From contig CM041465.1 of NCBI GenBank assembly GCA_023213395.1, positions 152,465,741-152,529,740 of the forward strand: 64,000 nucleotides of DNA. The letters run 5' to 3'. Made by a program: the position numbers and the translations under genes. Source of the DNA: Cycas panzhihuaensis. Lineage: Eukaryota; Plantae; Cycadophyta. This document shows positions 40,560 through 54,838 of this stretch, piece by piece (positions within the stretch are counted from its first letter, which is position 1; every line of letters begins with the position of its first letter). The notes beneath the pieces are model-generated. The model did no database searches, had not been told where the DNA came from, and was given only the letters and a program-made list of their open reading frames with translations.

Positions 40560-42738
40560 ATCATATGAGATACGTTGTAGCACTTTGAGAGATGGTGATC
40601 TAGGCACTCCTCTTTTTTATTTGCTACAGATGGTGATCTAGGTACTGTTTAGGAGGCTCTAAAGTCAAAAGAGAGCAAACTTTGGATTAAGGCCATGCAG
40701 GAAGAAATGATGGCCTTAAATAAAAATAATATGTAGGATTTGGTGGATCTGCCTGATGGCAAAAAACTTGTTGATAATAAATGGATCTTTAAGAAAACGT
40801 TTTAAGCAGATGGTACTGTGGAAAAGTACAAGGCCTATTTGGTAGCAAAGGGCTATTCCTAGGTCAAGGGAATAAATTTTGGTGAAGTATTTTCTTCTAT
40901 TGTAAAAGTTGCTTCAATTAGATTTTTGTGGGCTGTAACAGCTTCTTATGATCTTGAGGTGGATTAAATGGATGTGAAGACTACATTTCTTCACAGCGAC
41001 CTCGAGGAAGAAATTTATATATTGAAGCGTAAAGGGTTTAAAGTTGCAGGGAAGGAGAATATGGCATGTAGGTTAAAGAAGTAATTATACAGCTTGAAAT
41101 AGTCACCAAGGATGTGGTATTAGAAGTTTGATTCACATATGTTAGTAGATAGCTTTATGTATAATAAAGCAGATCATTGCATTTATTATAAGTAGGTTAG
41201 TGATCATTTTGTTATTCTAGATTTATATATTGATGACATACTTTTAGTTTGTAATAATAAAGGAATGAACCAACTTGTGAAAGACCAACTAGCATCTCAC
41301 TTTGAGATGAAGGACCTTGGTGCTATACATTTTATTTTAGGCATTGAGATTAAAAGGGATAGGAGAAACAAGAACATTTGGCTTAGCTAAAGATGGTACA
41401 TTGAGACAATATTACAATAGTTCAGGTTGTAAGATAATAAACTAGTTAATGTTCCTCTTCCTACTGGTTTAAAACTATTAACTGAACAATGCCTAAAGAC
41501 TCACGAAGATGTTGAAGACATGGAATTTGTCCATTATGATAGTTTTGTTGGTAGTCTGATATATACGATGGTTTGTACTCAACCAGACATTGCCCATGTA
41601 GTGGGAGTAGTTAGCAGGTATATGTTAAACCTAGGCAGGAAGCATTAGGTGGTTGTGAAAAGGATTTTTAGGTATCTATGAGGTACATCAAACTATAGAA
41701 TTTTCTATCAAGGAGATCCCATGGAGTGTAGAACAGTGAACCTAAGAGGTTTTGTTGATGTTGATTAGGCTGGAGATCTTGACAGTAGAAGATCTACAAG
41801 CAGGTATGTTTTTACCCTTTGTGGTGGCACATTTAAGTGGATGAGTAAAAGATAACAAGTTGTAGTACTTTTTAGTATAGAAGTAGAGTATATGGAAGCT
41901 ACTCATGTGTACAAGGAAGTGGTTTGGTTATAGAGATTATGCATAGATATTAGCTTTAAGTAGGATGTTGTGAGGATAGATTGTGATAGTCAAAGCATAA
42001 TCTACCTAACAAAGAACCCTATTTATCATGCTCGGTTGAAGTATATTAATGTGTGGTTCTATTTTGTGAGGGAAATGGTTCAAGATCACAAGGTGGATTT
42101 ATAGAAGATTGTTATACAAGAGAATGTTGCATACTTATTCACTAAGATTGTTAGCATAGAAAAATTTAAATGGTGTAGAATTGTAATGGGTGTTTGTGAT
42201 TTTAGCATTCAGTAGTTATGTATGTAGGTTTTCTTATAAAGTGTTTAATAAGTGGGAGATTGTTAGATATGTTGAACACTTTGTAAGTGTTACATGGGTA
42301 TAGGCGTTACACCTGAGCCCCTTTGTGGGGGTCATAGGGCCCATTGTAGGGCCCCTAGCTGGGAGGTTTGGGGGCCAACAACCCCCCAAGTGGGGGTTCA
42401 AGGGCGAGAGCCCCTAGGAAAAATTTTTAAGTGTCTTATGGGGGTCTTTGTTGGCCTATGGTTTATGCCTATTGTATTGTAAAACTACAAGGCAATATCT
42501 TGTAATGTTGTATCTATATATTCTTATGTAACGACACAAGTAATATGATATAGTTGTTGATGAGTTGAGGAGAATAGTAAGGGTTCATTCATTTATGTAA
42601 TTCTTTAGTTCTTACTTAGATTAATTAAAAGTCTATGCTTAGACCTGAATCTCTTGGTGTTCTTTATTGAGTGCTTTGTTTGTTTATGTTATTTATTTTT
42701 TGCATGGTTTAGAGTTCTATTATCACATTACTTCTACA
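40560..42738 (+). mobile_element. 5'-truncated Ty1/copia (Tork/Tnt1-like) RT-RH, PPT and 3' LTR (42261-~42738)
   Basis: WIKAMQEEM, KWIFK, MDVKTTFLH, YIDDILL, DSRRSTS, CDSQSIIYLTKNP motifs; PPT AAGTGGGAGAT at 42250-42260 then TGTTAG. Confidence 0.9.
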
Positions 42739-43899
42739 ATTATATTTTCTCTTCAAAGCCCATGGTATTAATTATTGGGTTTAGAGGGGTGATAGTGAAA
42801 ATTTAATGTTAGTTTGGTGGAAAATTAAATGGGATTTTATCCATAAATAGATGGCCATCATTTTTCAAAAAATAAAGGGTAAAACCACAAGGTTTTACCC
42901 AATAGGGAGAGGCGGTTGGGGGGGGGGGGTGCAGGGTTGGGGCACAAGTAAGAGGTGGAGTACTAACTTCTTGTCCCCTTCCCTGAAGCCTGAAATTAAC
43001 TTTCATGAGAAAACGTTGGTAAAGAACGCAATAAATGTGAACAAGATAAGTGCTCATAAATTTGTAATAATGCATGATGCACCATTTTATTTTTCATAAT
43101 GATACATTTTATCCTATTATAATTTTTAAAACAATGCTTATTACTCCATTGTAAAAAGTGTAATGGTACACCTTGCACTATTGTTTTACACAATATCCCA
43201 TTGTAATTTAATGACCAAACAACATTCAAGAGGGTGTCTTACAATTATATTTTTATAAAGGTGTGCCTATATCATTATATTTTTCATAACAATATAAGAT
43301 ACATCATGGTAAAAATTGTAATAATATTAACTTCTATAATGGTAGTAGGAGTTTTAGGAAAAAGGATGAAATAATTATAACATTTACAAAAAAGAAATTC
43401 ATAAAAAATGATGATTAAAAGATGGAAAAGGACTCCAAAGGAGCTTAGGATATGTTGAGGATTCATTTCTTGTTGAATGAGGCTTGGGTATATGATTTCC
43501 ATTGTATTACTTATAAGTATCTTACCATCATTGATCAAATACTCAAATACCCATCACCAAATAATAGGTAAATGTGAATTTAGATATGTATCAAAGTAGA
43601 AAATCAATTGAAATGTAAATTTAAATTGCAGACTTGCCCTACTTGATCCATGGTAAGTGCTAGAATCTCGATTTTTGGGAAATCAATGATAATACAACTA
43701 TGGGTTGTCATTTGTTATTTCTACTTATGATATTAACAAATAGTTTAAACACATACATTATTATTGATATTCCACTATCACAATCACCACTCTAGTCTAC
43801 ATCTATGTATCTAACTAATAAATCTAGGCTTAGACTCATGTTACTTCTATTGTAACACCATATATTGACTTATTACTACCACTATTAATGTAATTCTAG

Positions 43900-44300
43900 G
43901 TTTGGAATAAACCATAACATATATCAAACTACCTATTTTACTCCTATATGGAACTAATTCCATTAACTTTTCCCTCTTCAACCTTTTAAGGACATATGTC
44001 TAGAGATAATTTATAGTTGGCATCTACAAGTGTTCTTATGAATTTGTGAACCTGCATTCCAAAAAAATTGAGGATGTCACCTAAGTTCATATATTGACTT
44101 AAATATTTCTTTTTCTCTTTTATATTTCTTAAGATTAGTAATATGAAATGGTAATAAATTTCTTTAAGATCTTTTGTTATAAATTTAGATAACAAATAAT
44201 CTTCTACATATGATAAAAGACTTTTGTTCTTGGAAAATAAAATGATATCATCAACATGAAGAGCAATTATGAAAATCATACAATTATAAATGCAAAATAT
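43900..44300 (-). mobile_element. Copia RT fragment
   Basis: ORF 43986-44279 with LHVDDIIL, KF.TKDL and YLSQ motifs. Confidence 0.75.
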
Positions 44301-44803
44301 CCTAAAATTTACATGATTTCTTTAGTTCAATTATATCCCCTTTTTTCAAAAAAAAAAAAAGGTTTATGAATTAATTACAATCAAATTTCTTTATCAATAG
44401 ACACGAGGTCTTGATTTAATATTATGGCATGTGCCTCTTATTAGTCTTTAGTGTTTATTTAATGGTTTATAACCTTAGGTTATGGACCTCCTCTTTAATT
44501 TTTGTATTATATTAGTGTAAGATTATTTTATGTTTTGTGAAGTGCTGAGTCAATGGAGGTTAGGTCTCTCACCTTATATATGTCACACTAGGTATGATTA
44601 ATATTATCCTAAGTATTATATATAGTATATATAGGTTATTTTATAAAATGCATTAGTAAGAAGTAAGGATTATTGATCCACTTGTGTAATATGAGACATT
44701 TATTTAATAGAGATTAAATAAAAAGTTTTAAAATTAATTTATAATATTTTGATAGTTAATCCTATCAATTATTATCCTCATTACATGCATTACTATAATA
44801 TCT

Positions 44804-44815
44804 TGGTATCAAAGC
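44804..44815 (+). promoter_or_regulatory. Met-type PBS after a probable decayed LTR
   Basis: TGGTATCAAAGC three bases after ...ATAATA; no partner LTR identified. Confidence 0.45.
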
Positions 44816-45969
44816 ATATTCATAGTACATTATCAATTGTAATTACTAGTTAATTTATAGGATTTAATCACTGCTTAAGATTTACATATGTGACATGTGT
44901 TAATATCTAGTTTCTTAGTTGAGCTATTCAGTTTTGGAGGTAATTTTTAATATGCATGTTGTAAAGTTTAAATTGTAAGTAGTTGGGCATGTAGGAAGTC
45001 AAGTACTAAATAATAGGCTTTGAGATATACAAACAGACATATGTCACATGTAAGTGGAAATATTTATATGCAAGGAAAATCATTAAAAAGGAACTCTATA
45101 ATATTTAATAAAAGCTATTATAAATATTAAATCAAAATACTAAAATTAGGATTAAAATGATGAATTTTTAAACTATTGAAAGGGGTGTTTTATTAAAATA
45201 AGAATATTCTATATTTTATATTATAAAGTTTCAAACTATATAAAAATAAAAATTAAAAAATAAGCCTCCTATGAATTTTGATGACCTGTGCACAAGGTAT
45301 CCTACATAAGGAAACTTGCATATTGACCTACAATTTGGCAAGATATGGCTTTATATTTGATCAATTAAATACATAATGTGAAGCATAGGATCAAAGATAT
45401 CTAATGCAGATATAGCCACTTAATATAATGGCTAATCATTACATAGAGAAATAAGCTAATAAAGTAGTTACTGACATGCCCAATATAGAAATAAGGAAAT
45501 GCATCTCATAGTCATCATATACATAACAAAATATCAATGATAGAAGGACAAGCAAGTAGGCCATTCAATACAAACATAAACACTAAGATGAGTAGAATAG
45601 AAGGAACATAAATAAAGGATATAGACAGAAAATGCACAAACTAAGATGCCACAACACCTAATAAGCTAAGAAAGATTAGAAGGAAAACCATCACAAAGGC
45701 TAAATAAAGTTGAATAAACATTCATTGGTTTACCACAATAAGCAACGAGGTCAAACAGGGTGAAGGAAGCAAAATGTAGACTTAGGAATCTTCATTGCAT
45801 ACCTAATAATGCTAGAAGCAATAAAACCCTTTAGTGTGACATGTCAAACTGACTGTTGAAAGATTGACTATGCATTGTGGAAGAAAATTTTATAAGAAAC
45901 AACTTCTTTTATGAGATGTAACTGAAGGACCTAAATTGATTCACATGATTACTATTTCTCTCATACAAA

Positions 45970-48900
45970 ACATTTCCTCTTCCAAGTAGGAACACTATGA
46001 GTTAGAACATATACCACCCTTGATATCTGATTCCCTCAATTGTATTATACCCTAATTAAGCATAACACCTTAATTTGATATCTTGGCATAACTTGATTAG
46101 AGCTTTCTTGCTTAGATGTCCCCTTTACATATAACACCTTCTCCTATAGATGTCATTCCCTTTGCATCAGTTCCTATATTACCCCAATCAACTCCCATAA
46201 ATAAAATCCCTCATAGTTGTTAATATCACTACTATACCAGGGGCCAAGCCTAAGCATTAAAAACAAAAGCCTATTCACCCATGACTTTTTTCCACCATCA
46301 AATAAGAAGTAGGAAAGCTTCCTAGGAAAAGATTTATTGAATTTATCAATTATTTTTAATGGGTATCCATCATCATCTACATTGCCAAAAGAATGGTTCT
46401 ATTTGCATTTGTATTGACTTTCATGATATAAACAACACTTGTCCTAAAGATAATTTTCCACTCCTTTTTATTAATCAGATGTAGGATAAAATCATCAACT
46501 TTGAAATGATGTCCCTTATGGATCATTTTTTAGGGTTTAATCAAATCCTTATCTCACTTGAAGACCACTATAAGACTACCTTCATCACCCCTTGGGATAT
46601 ATTTCTTTATAAGGTTATACCCTTTGGTCTCAAAAATGTTGGTGCGACTTACTAGCAAGCCATGGTCTTTATCTTTCATGACTTATTGGGACATACTATA
46701 GTAGTATACCTTCACGTCATCAAGGGGACCACATTTATGACCTAAATACCATCTTTGAAAGATGTCAAAAATACTAACTTTATTTAAACCATAACAAATG
46801 TATTTTTATAGTTGCCTCTGGAAAGATGCTTAGTAACATTATCTCTAAAGATGGTATTTATTATAGATTCAGATAAAGTTTTAGCCATCATTAATATGCC
46901 ACCATCACATACTTAAAAATAAGTAAAATCTTTCTTGAATAGACTTGGTTTTTTATGACAAATCATCATTGGCTTTGCCCTAAATGCTAAACCCTTAACC
47001 AACCTCCTCAAGAAAAGTGTCCTATTAAATGGGCCTCAACCACTTAAGAATCTTTTGATAAGCTTAAATAAACCCTTATATCGGCTCTTATCCTTGCCTC
47101 ACCTAATTTTGATAAGTCATTTATCCTATATACTACCTTCATAGAAGAATCTTTGGGTGCTATGTTAGCCCAAGAAGATGAATTTTTTAAAGAATAGGTT
47201 ATCTACTTCATTAGTAGTACTTTGGTAGCTGCCAGGATTAACTATTCCTCATCTAAAAAGAGTGTTTGGCCTTGATTTATGCTACCAAAAGGTTATGATA
47301 TTACTTGCTAAGCAATACTACTCTTGTGATCCTCCAATCAGATCTAATTCATCTACTACTCACCAAGATGGACTTAATAGGATGAGCTGGTAGGTGGGCC
47401 CTTCTACTATAAGAATTTGACTTAAGAGTAGTTAATTAGAAGTCAAAAAAGGAATAGTTATTATTAAATAACTAGCTACAACACCACTTCCCAATTATAA
47501 TTCCACCATTATCAATGACTTGCTCCTAGATGAACATAATCTACAAGTTGACATTATCCCCATTGATCATAACTAGTATGATGACATTCCCGTTTATCTC
47601 TTAGATTAAACTCACCCCCCTAATGTCAATTCCAAGAAGATAAAAAGAATAAGGGCCTTTACTCACCAATACCTTCTTTTAGATGACATATTATATAAAT
47701 AATCTTTTGATAGAATCTTGTTAAGATGTCTTCCACCTTTTGAGGCCCTGCTTTGGCCAAATACCATAATGACATTTGTGGGGGTCATTTCAATGGTAAT
47801 TCAACATTCTTATGAACCCTTTAAATGGGTTATTATTGGTCATTTCTATTTAGTGATGCACATTCATATATTCAAAAGTGTAAAAAATTCTAACACATTC
47901 CTCTTTGATCCATCAACTAGCCACTTCACTCAGATTGATCCTTGCCCCTTGGCCATTCTCTCAATGGGGTCTTGACCTTATTGGGTAAATTTACCCCCCA
48001 TCTTCTACCAAACATAAGTACATCCTAACCACAATTGAATATTTTATAAAATGGAGTGAGGCAATCCCTTTGATAAATACCACTAGAAAAGTGGTTACCA
48101 CTTTCATCTTCCAAAATATCATCTACCAATTTGGAGCCCTTAACATTATCATCATGGATAATAAAACCTTATTTTTCAATTCTCAAGTTAACAAACTTTA
48201 TAATCAATTTTATATTACCCATAGGACATCATCCCCTTACCGCCCACAAACTAATGGCCAAATTGTAGCCTTCAACAAAACCTTGATAAAGGTCTTATCT
48301 AAAAGGATTGTTGACTACCAACAAGATTGGCATACTAAACTTTTCCTTACTTTGTAGACTTATTATACTTCAATTAGGATAGCTATAGGGATGACTCCTT
48401 TTTCATTAGTCTATGCAATTAAAGTCATACTACCATTAGAGATTAAGATCCCCTCACTTAAGGTATCATTTAAACACTTCATTGACAAAGAATGGTTGAG
48501 GCAAGTAAGACTTTTAAAACTTAAGAAGATGGATGAAATCCATCTTGATGCCCATGAAAAGAACTTGGCCTTAAAACATCAAGCCCAGGTAGCTCATGAT
48601 CAACATTTGAGACTAAGGCAATTTCATGTAGGAGACAAAGTACTTAAACTTGAATATTTATATGAAAAATAACAAAAAATTAACTCCAAGTAGGTAGGCC
48701 CTTATTTAGTTATTAAATATCTAAATAATGGAGCCTATTATCTCTCTACCCTTGATGGGCTCAAGTTCTAAATACCCATTAATTCTTAATTTTTGAGAAA
48801 GTATTATGCTTAGACTATCTCCATAATAAAGTTAAACTATGACTCTAAAATTATTCGTATTAACAAACCTAAACTATATTAGGTTAAACATCTTACTTTC

Positions 48901-50538
48901 CCCAAGACTCATGCTTGGGGGTCACCACTCCGAAAATGAGTAGAAACTAAATGTATATACTTTGTTATCCAAAAAATACAAAAGAAAATTAAAAGTATAA
49001 AATAACAAAAAATATATTCTTGTATCATTCCCCCTTTCTTTACTTTATTCGAAGCCTTTTCAGGTTTCATCCTCCCTTAACTTGGCTTAATATGATAATC
49101 CTTGATTATTCATGTAATTAGTCAACTTCTTCATTTAGTGTTCTATGGTGCCCAAGTAGCTTTTACCTTAGATAAGTCATAGATATTCGTGATACTATCT
49201 CTCATTCTTGACTCGTTTGAACTACCTAATAACTTTCCCTATACTCTCAATGATTAAAATGTTCTTCATCCCTTAGTCAATTGGTCAGCCACCTATTAGA
49301 CTCCTCATCTACTCTTTATAGTCTATAATTTATCTTCTAAGCAATGAGAAATTTACCTACATAAGTGATTATGTCTTATCATTCTTTCTCCCATGATTCA
49401 TTGGGTACTTATCTCTAAATTAAACCTTGTTGGTAGTACCCCTTCTACTCCTTGATAGTTAGTTGTTCAAGACCTTCCCTTCTACCCATGAGAGACACTT
49501 TGATTGAACATCTTATAAATACCCATAAGTTTTCTCTCAAGGGCATGACCTTAGGATTTTTATTAGTTATATCCATTTAACTCCTAATCCCCTATGGTTT
49601 TGTTAATCATGAATACACTCTTAGCCATTCTCATGCACTACACCTTGACAAAATTTATGTGATGATTGTAGTCACCTATCCCCTAATAGCCATGAGGGTG
49701 GATGAGATGAGCCATCTAGAAAATGGATTCAACAATGTTAAGTTTACCTTGACGCTTGTCTAAACCATCATATGGACTGATACCTTTTCAAAAGGGAAAA
49801 AAAAAAAAAGGAAAAGAGAGAGAAAATTTATGTATATAATGGTTAGCACCTTTTTGGCATTTGGGACATGTTGTGTATCAACTTTGTTTCCACCTGCAAC
49901 ATGCAGTTCATATCTGATTGTGTGTATCATATAGGAGCCATGGATCCAATTATTTAGGCCCACTGTGACCTTAATTATGATCAAAATCTATTCAACATTT
50001 AAAAGGTTATACATTAAGTTGGGAAAAGGTGGATTATAATGATAAAACCAAACCATGGAGCCCCTATCCACCTAGTTGACTTACATACCTTCCCCCTATT
50101 CATTAGGTTGTCTCTGAGTTTGTATCCTTCCCCATTATGGCCTTGAACATCTATAATAATGGTGGGAGCCAAGGGAACCCAAGAATTTTCACTGTAACAT
50201 GGGGCATCCATGATCATAGGGGAACTATTCTCACCAATGCTAGCTTCTTTATCTCATAAGTAACCAATAATAAACCCAAGTATCTAAGTCATTAGAGCTG
50301 TTATTGATGTTTTTAACTTTCATAATAAACCTGCCAATATATTTTTAGATTCTCAAATCATAGTTTACCAACTCATATATTTTTATCAAACTCATTTAAG
50401 CCATTTGCATTCTTTACTTGATGATGTCACTACCTATTAATATAATTTTTTACTATTACAACTTAACACATTCCAAGAACCTAAAATATTAAAGCTAACT
50501 TCCTTGCGTCCCATATAATTAAATGCCATCATTTATAG
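45970..50538 (+). mobile_element. Tat-like non-chromovirus Ty3/gypsy element J (RT-RH-INT to 48813, then stand-alone aRNase H); 5' part and LTRs not found
   Basis: CPKDNFPLL, GFNQI, KTTFITPW..PFGLKNVGAT, LGAMLAQ, SSPYRPQTNGQ, TPFSLVY, GP/GAY and LRKYYA* motifs. Confidence 0.88.
50137..50538 (+). pseudogene. Archaeal-type (additional) RNase H ORF of J, disrupted
   Basis: MALNIYNNGGSQGNP...TNNK...IFLDSQIIVYQL...HIPRT*NIKANFLA...KCHHL*; colinear with 54839-55240. Confidence 0.8.
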
Positions 50539-53432
50539 CCTAGTTTAGGAGGGTTCTTTTTTCTTTTAATAAGTTAGAGTAACCTTTCCATTCTTCCCTT
50601 GATTTGTACTTAAGGATTTCTTGTCTTCATAATGAGAATAAACTACAACTCTAAAAACCTATCTAATAAAGAGTGTAAACCATAGTAGTCAAATCCATTG
50701 CTAGTAATAGACATTTCACTCTAAAACAAGTATAAACTAATGTAAAAAACCTCATTATCAAGTATCCACAAAAGTATTAAAAAATAAAATAACATACTCA
50801 AAAAGATAAAACCAAAGGGATATATACAACTACCATACATCGACATATGGTATGACCATTACCAAAAGAGAAATATGTAACTTTACACTACCAATTAACT
50901 ATCATTATATTAGGGGACATATGGAGGGGGGTGCTAACAAAGGTTAAGAGTCATAGAATCATAATAAAAACATAATACATATCATATATAAATCATGAGA
51001 AATAATGCATATATAATAGATAATATGCATTGTACATAAATCATATGATACAGAATAATACATCCGGAAGCACATCTCTAAGAGGTCACTAAAGATGGGA
51101 CACTTTCAATAGGTACTAAGGCCAACAAATAAAGATCTAGAGGTGTAAAGGAAGATTAGGTTACCCTCAAAGGTGTCCATGCATCAGAATGCAGGTTCAA
51201 GGACTTGCAGCACACACATTGCCCTATCTACTCTTGAAGAGTTGAGGTGAACTATTAAGTATAAGTGATGGAAAAGGTGGCATCCTTGGGTTACCGAGTA
51301 GCCTAGGTGAGAATCTCCTATCCTTATTAGGAAAGGAAGCAATAAAGGACTCCCTTTTAGAAAATGGATATAAGATGAGAATAAAAGTATAAGACTAAGG
51401 TTTAGAGGTTTTTTCTATTTTTCCTAAGGAGTTGCCTTTAGGGTTTGGGTCATGGTGCAAAGTTATGTTTATTGTTTCTCTTAGTTACAAGAGGAAGTAA
51501 TGTTGCCTCTTCTTATTTTTAGGGTGTAGTTTATTATATGAAATGAGGTTATTTTGTTTGCAACAAAATGTTTGTTTTGATAAAGTTTATGAAGTACAAA
51601 CACTCACCCTCACTCTCTTTTCACTTTGGGGGTCAAGGAATGCAAGGAAGAACAAAGGAGAGAATGTTGCAATAATCTCTTTTCAAGTTTCTTTTCAATG
51701 CAAGGAAACATGTGATTTGGTTCCACTATGTTCCGTAGTTTCATTTCTTACATGCATGTGCATACATAAGAATGATAATTGGGTATAAAGGCTATGTAAT
51801 ATTTCCTTCTCTTAGTTGTGTTCCTTATATATGTAAAGAGAAAGGAATGCATTCACTATTTTCCAATTTCTTTCTAACGTGCATATGTGTATGCAAAAAT
51901 AAAAAAGAGGAAGTGAAGCTTATGCAACATTTTTCTTTTAATACAAAAGAAGAAGGAAGGAACACTTTTTACTTAATGTTATAGCTTTCACTTGTATATG
52001 CAATATACATGCATAAATAGAAGAAATAATCTCTTCCTTGCTATGATTCTTTCATGAAAGGAGAGAGGAGAAGAGAATGTATATGTGTCTTTCTTTTTCC
52101 AAAGAAAAAAAATAAGAATGTGCTATATTCAAACTACCCTTTTTACTTTTGTTGCAATAGATGAATTTGAGTGGAGGTAAGTAAGAGCAAGATGGGTTTT
52201 GGAAGAGTGCACCTGGTATGTGACGTTTGATGTTGATCTCATAGTTCCTCATATGCTTCTCCCTTACTAATGACATAAGCTCCTTTGTTGCCACAATAGT
52301 TGTTGAGAGTGTAAAAAGGGGGCTCCCTTACCTTTCTTAAATCTAAAATGTAATGTTGCAACAATTAAAAAAAAGGAAAGAAAGCAATAAAGCAAAAATA
52401 TTAACCTAACTATAGTACTAAAAGGTGATTGACATTACCTTATGATGAAGAATGATTTGCAAGTAGAAGCAAGCCTTTCACCTATAAGACAAAGCAAAGA
52501 ATGTTTCCCATAAGCAACAAATATATACTTCCTACATATATTCATACCAATGTTATCAATGTTATTAACATGTGATAATAAGGAAACAAATACATCTACC
52601 TTCCTTTTTGAGACTTAAACATGTAAGAAACAAAATGAAATTGAGAGGGAGAAGAGGGTGGTGCCTCATAATAGAAAGGCCTCCTATGTGGCTACAATCT
52701 CTGAAGTAGCAAAAGGTATCACTTGGTTTGGTATGTTCCTCAAGATAAGAATCCAAGGATGGAGGGAAGTAAAATGGTAGGGATATGGAGTGCCAATAGT
52801 AAGCACCAAATTATCTATGGGTGATTAATTGATTTAGGCTTGTGTTGGAGGAAGTTTATGCATGCACAAATGGAATAAGAAGGTGGGGATAAAGGAAGAG
52901 GGATTACCCATGGAGGGGGTGTCAAGCTAGAGTTTTGCACCTCTTTCTCCTTCTCCAACTCCTTCAAACTTGTTGGTTCCCTTCCCACTTTCTCCTACAA
53001 CAGCCTTCAGGGAACTTGAGAAAGGTTTATTGTCCAAAGGAGGATGTTTCCCAAGGTTGGAAATGGGATATTATGCAACAAACATATGAAAATTGATTCC
53101 TTAAGCATTAGACTAGATCAAAGAGGATCATATAATAAGGAATGAGGGTAAATGACAAGAAAATATGCTAAAAAACTAAAACAAACAAGTTGTTTACCTA
53201 TTTTTAGTAAGTGGAGTTGATCTTTGTGAGAAAACCTTGGTGGAGGACCTCTTTTCTCATCTTTTAAATGCCTTTTGTGGTGAAAAAATAAAAGAAGAGA
53301 ATAGAGGAAGGATTGGAATAGTGTGTAGATCTTGGACAGGTGTTGTTGTTACCAAAAACCTGAGCTTTTCCTCTTCTTTTCCTTTAAGAATACTTACTTT
53401 TTTCTCTTGAATTAGCTAGTGTTAAAAATATA

Positions 53433-53457
53433 AGAGAGAGAGAGAGAGAGAGAGAGA
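53433..53457. repeat. (AG)n microsatellite
   Basis: Directly visible. Confidence 0.95.
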
Positions 53458-54838
53458 AGAAGAGTTGTAGATGATCGAATAATGAAGAATTCAAAGTTTT
53501 TATGAGTTTGAATGGATTCTAAGGACCATTAGTCCTTGATCTGGGCTGGTCCCAAGATTGAGATCTATGTTAGAGGGGCATTAAATATAAATTTAGCCAT
53601 TTTCTAGATACATTCAAAGTCATAACAATCACACCATGAATATATCTATAGGGCATAACAATTAGAGTGGGGCAAACAGAAAACCAGGCAGGATGGCAGC
53701 AAAACAATAGAACCTATAAAAAATTGATAAATGATTATAAAAGAAGGATAGCAGTTCCTGTTGGAGGCCTAGAACTCCTCCCTAAGGATCTAGAAATCAA
53801 TATCATACCATCTCATACATTGGAAATTATAAAAATGCATAATAGCATCACTAAACTGGGTTAGAACCTCATGGGGATGATGGCAGTCAAGGTCCTAGAG
53901 TATAGATGGAGATTAGTCCATTAAAATCCCCAATGAACTACCTTGAACAAATCAAGTGATGGATAAGGTGGGAAGAAGGCAAAAAATATGTGGCACAAGA
54001 ATGTAAATAAGCTAGAACTCATCCCAAAACTGAGCTACAGAATCATATGAGGGACCTCTTACCAACTGGGAAATTACCATAGGGGCTCAATGATACCATT
54101 GGACTGAAGGCCTAGTCGTCATAGGTAAAAACATACATATGTAAGCCATGCAAATGAATCAATCAAGCATTCAGGAAACTATACAAACATCACATAAAAT
54201 AATAGTTGTAAAGAATGTAAAGAAGAGTGAGGGATAGAACATACATATAAACTTACCTATGTAATACTATCCTAATCCATTCCTAATAGGCAGGAAACAC
54301 TGCCCCCTTTGCATTAAAACCTTGTCGCTTTGGAGCATTATACAATGGTGAAAGTTGCCAACATACATGTTATCAATAGTAGTGATAACTAGTAGGCAGG
54401 TGTGTAGGTAACCAAAGGGCACTATAAGTGCTATAAGGGATGTATGGATAAGAGGACATATCCTAGAGGAGGAGACAAGCTCATGGTTCAATCAAACCTC
54501 TAAGTGTGGGACCCTAGACCCAAAGCACATGCCATAGAAGATAAAGAAAAGGGGTGACCTAATGGGGATGCCCTTTAGTGGCACCCCTAAATGGGTAGCA
54601 TGACCCTAGAAAATGTGGTAGGTTCGAAACCTAAAGAGGAAACTAAGGAAGATTAAGGGATTCTTTATCACACTAAGATAGAGTTTAAATCAAATAAAAA
54701 AGGGTTTTGGTCACCATAGTTTAGCCTCATTAGTGGCTACCATTTAGAGGTAAAGAAGGAGTAGAGGTTGGGGGAGGGGTCACCATTGAAGGGTTTCTGA
54801 AGGGCAACCTATCAAACCTATAAGGAGCCATTTAGGAG

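Noticed and set aside
42740-43600. Possible DNA transposon end or host exon fragment
   Set aside because: No terminal inverted repeats, TSD or recognisable protein motif found by eye.
45780-45900. Possible gypsy RNase H trace (KPFSVTC...IDYAL)
   Set aside because: Too degenerate to support as a feature without a profile search.
52947-53020. LRR-like peptide (KLVGSLPTFSYNSLQGT) on +
   Set aside because: Single short match with wrong repeat spacing and no flanking LRRs; likely chance.
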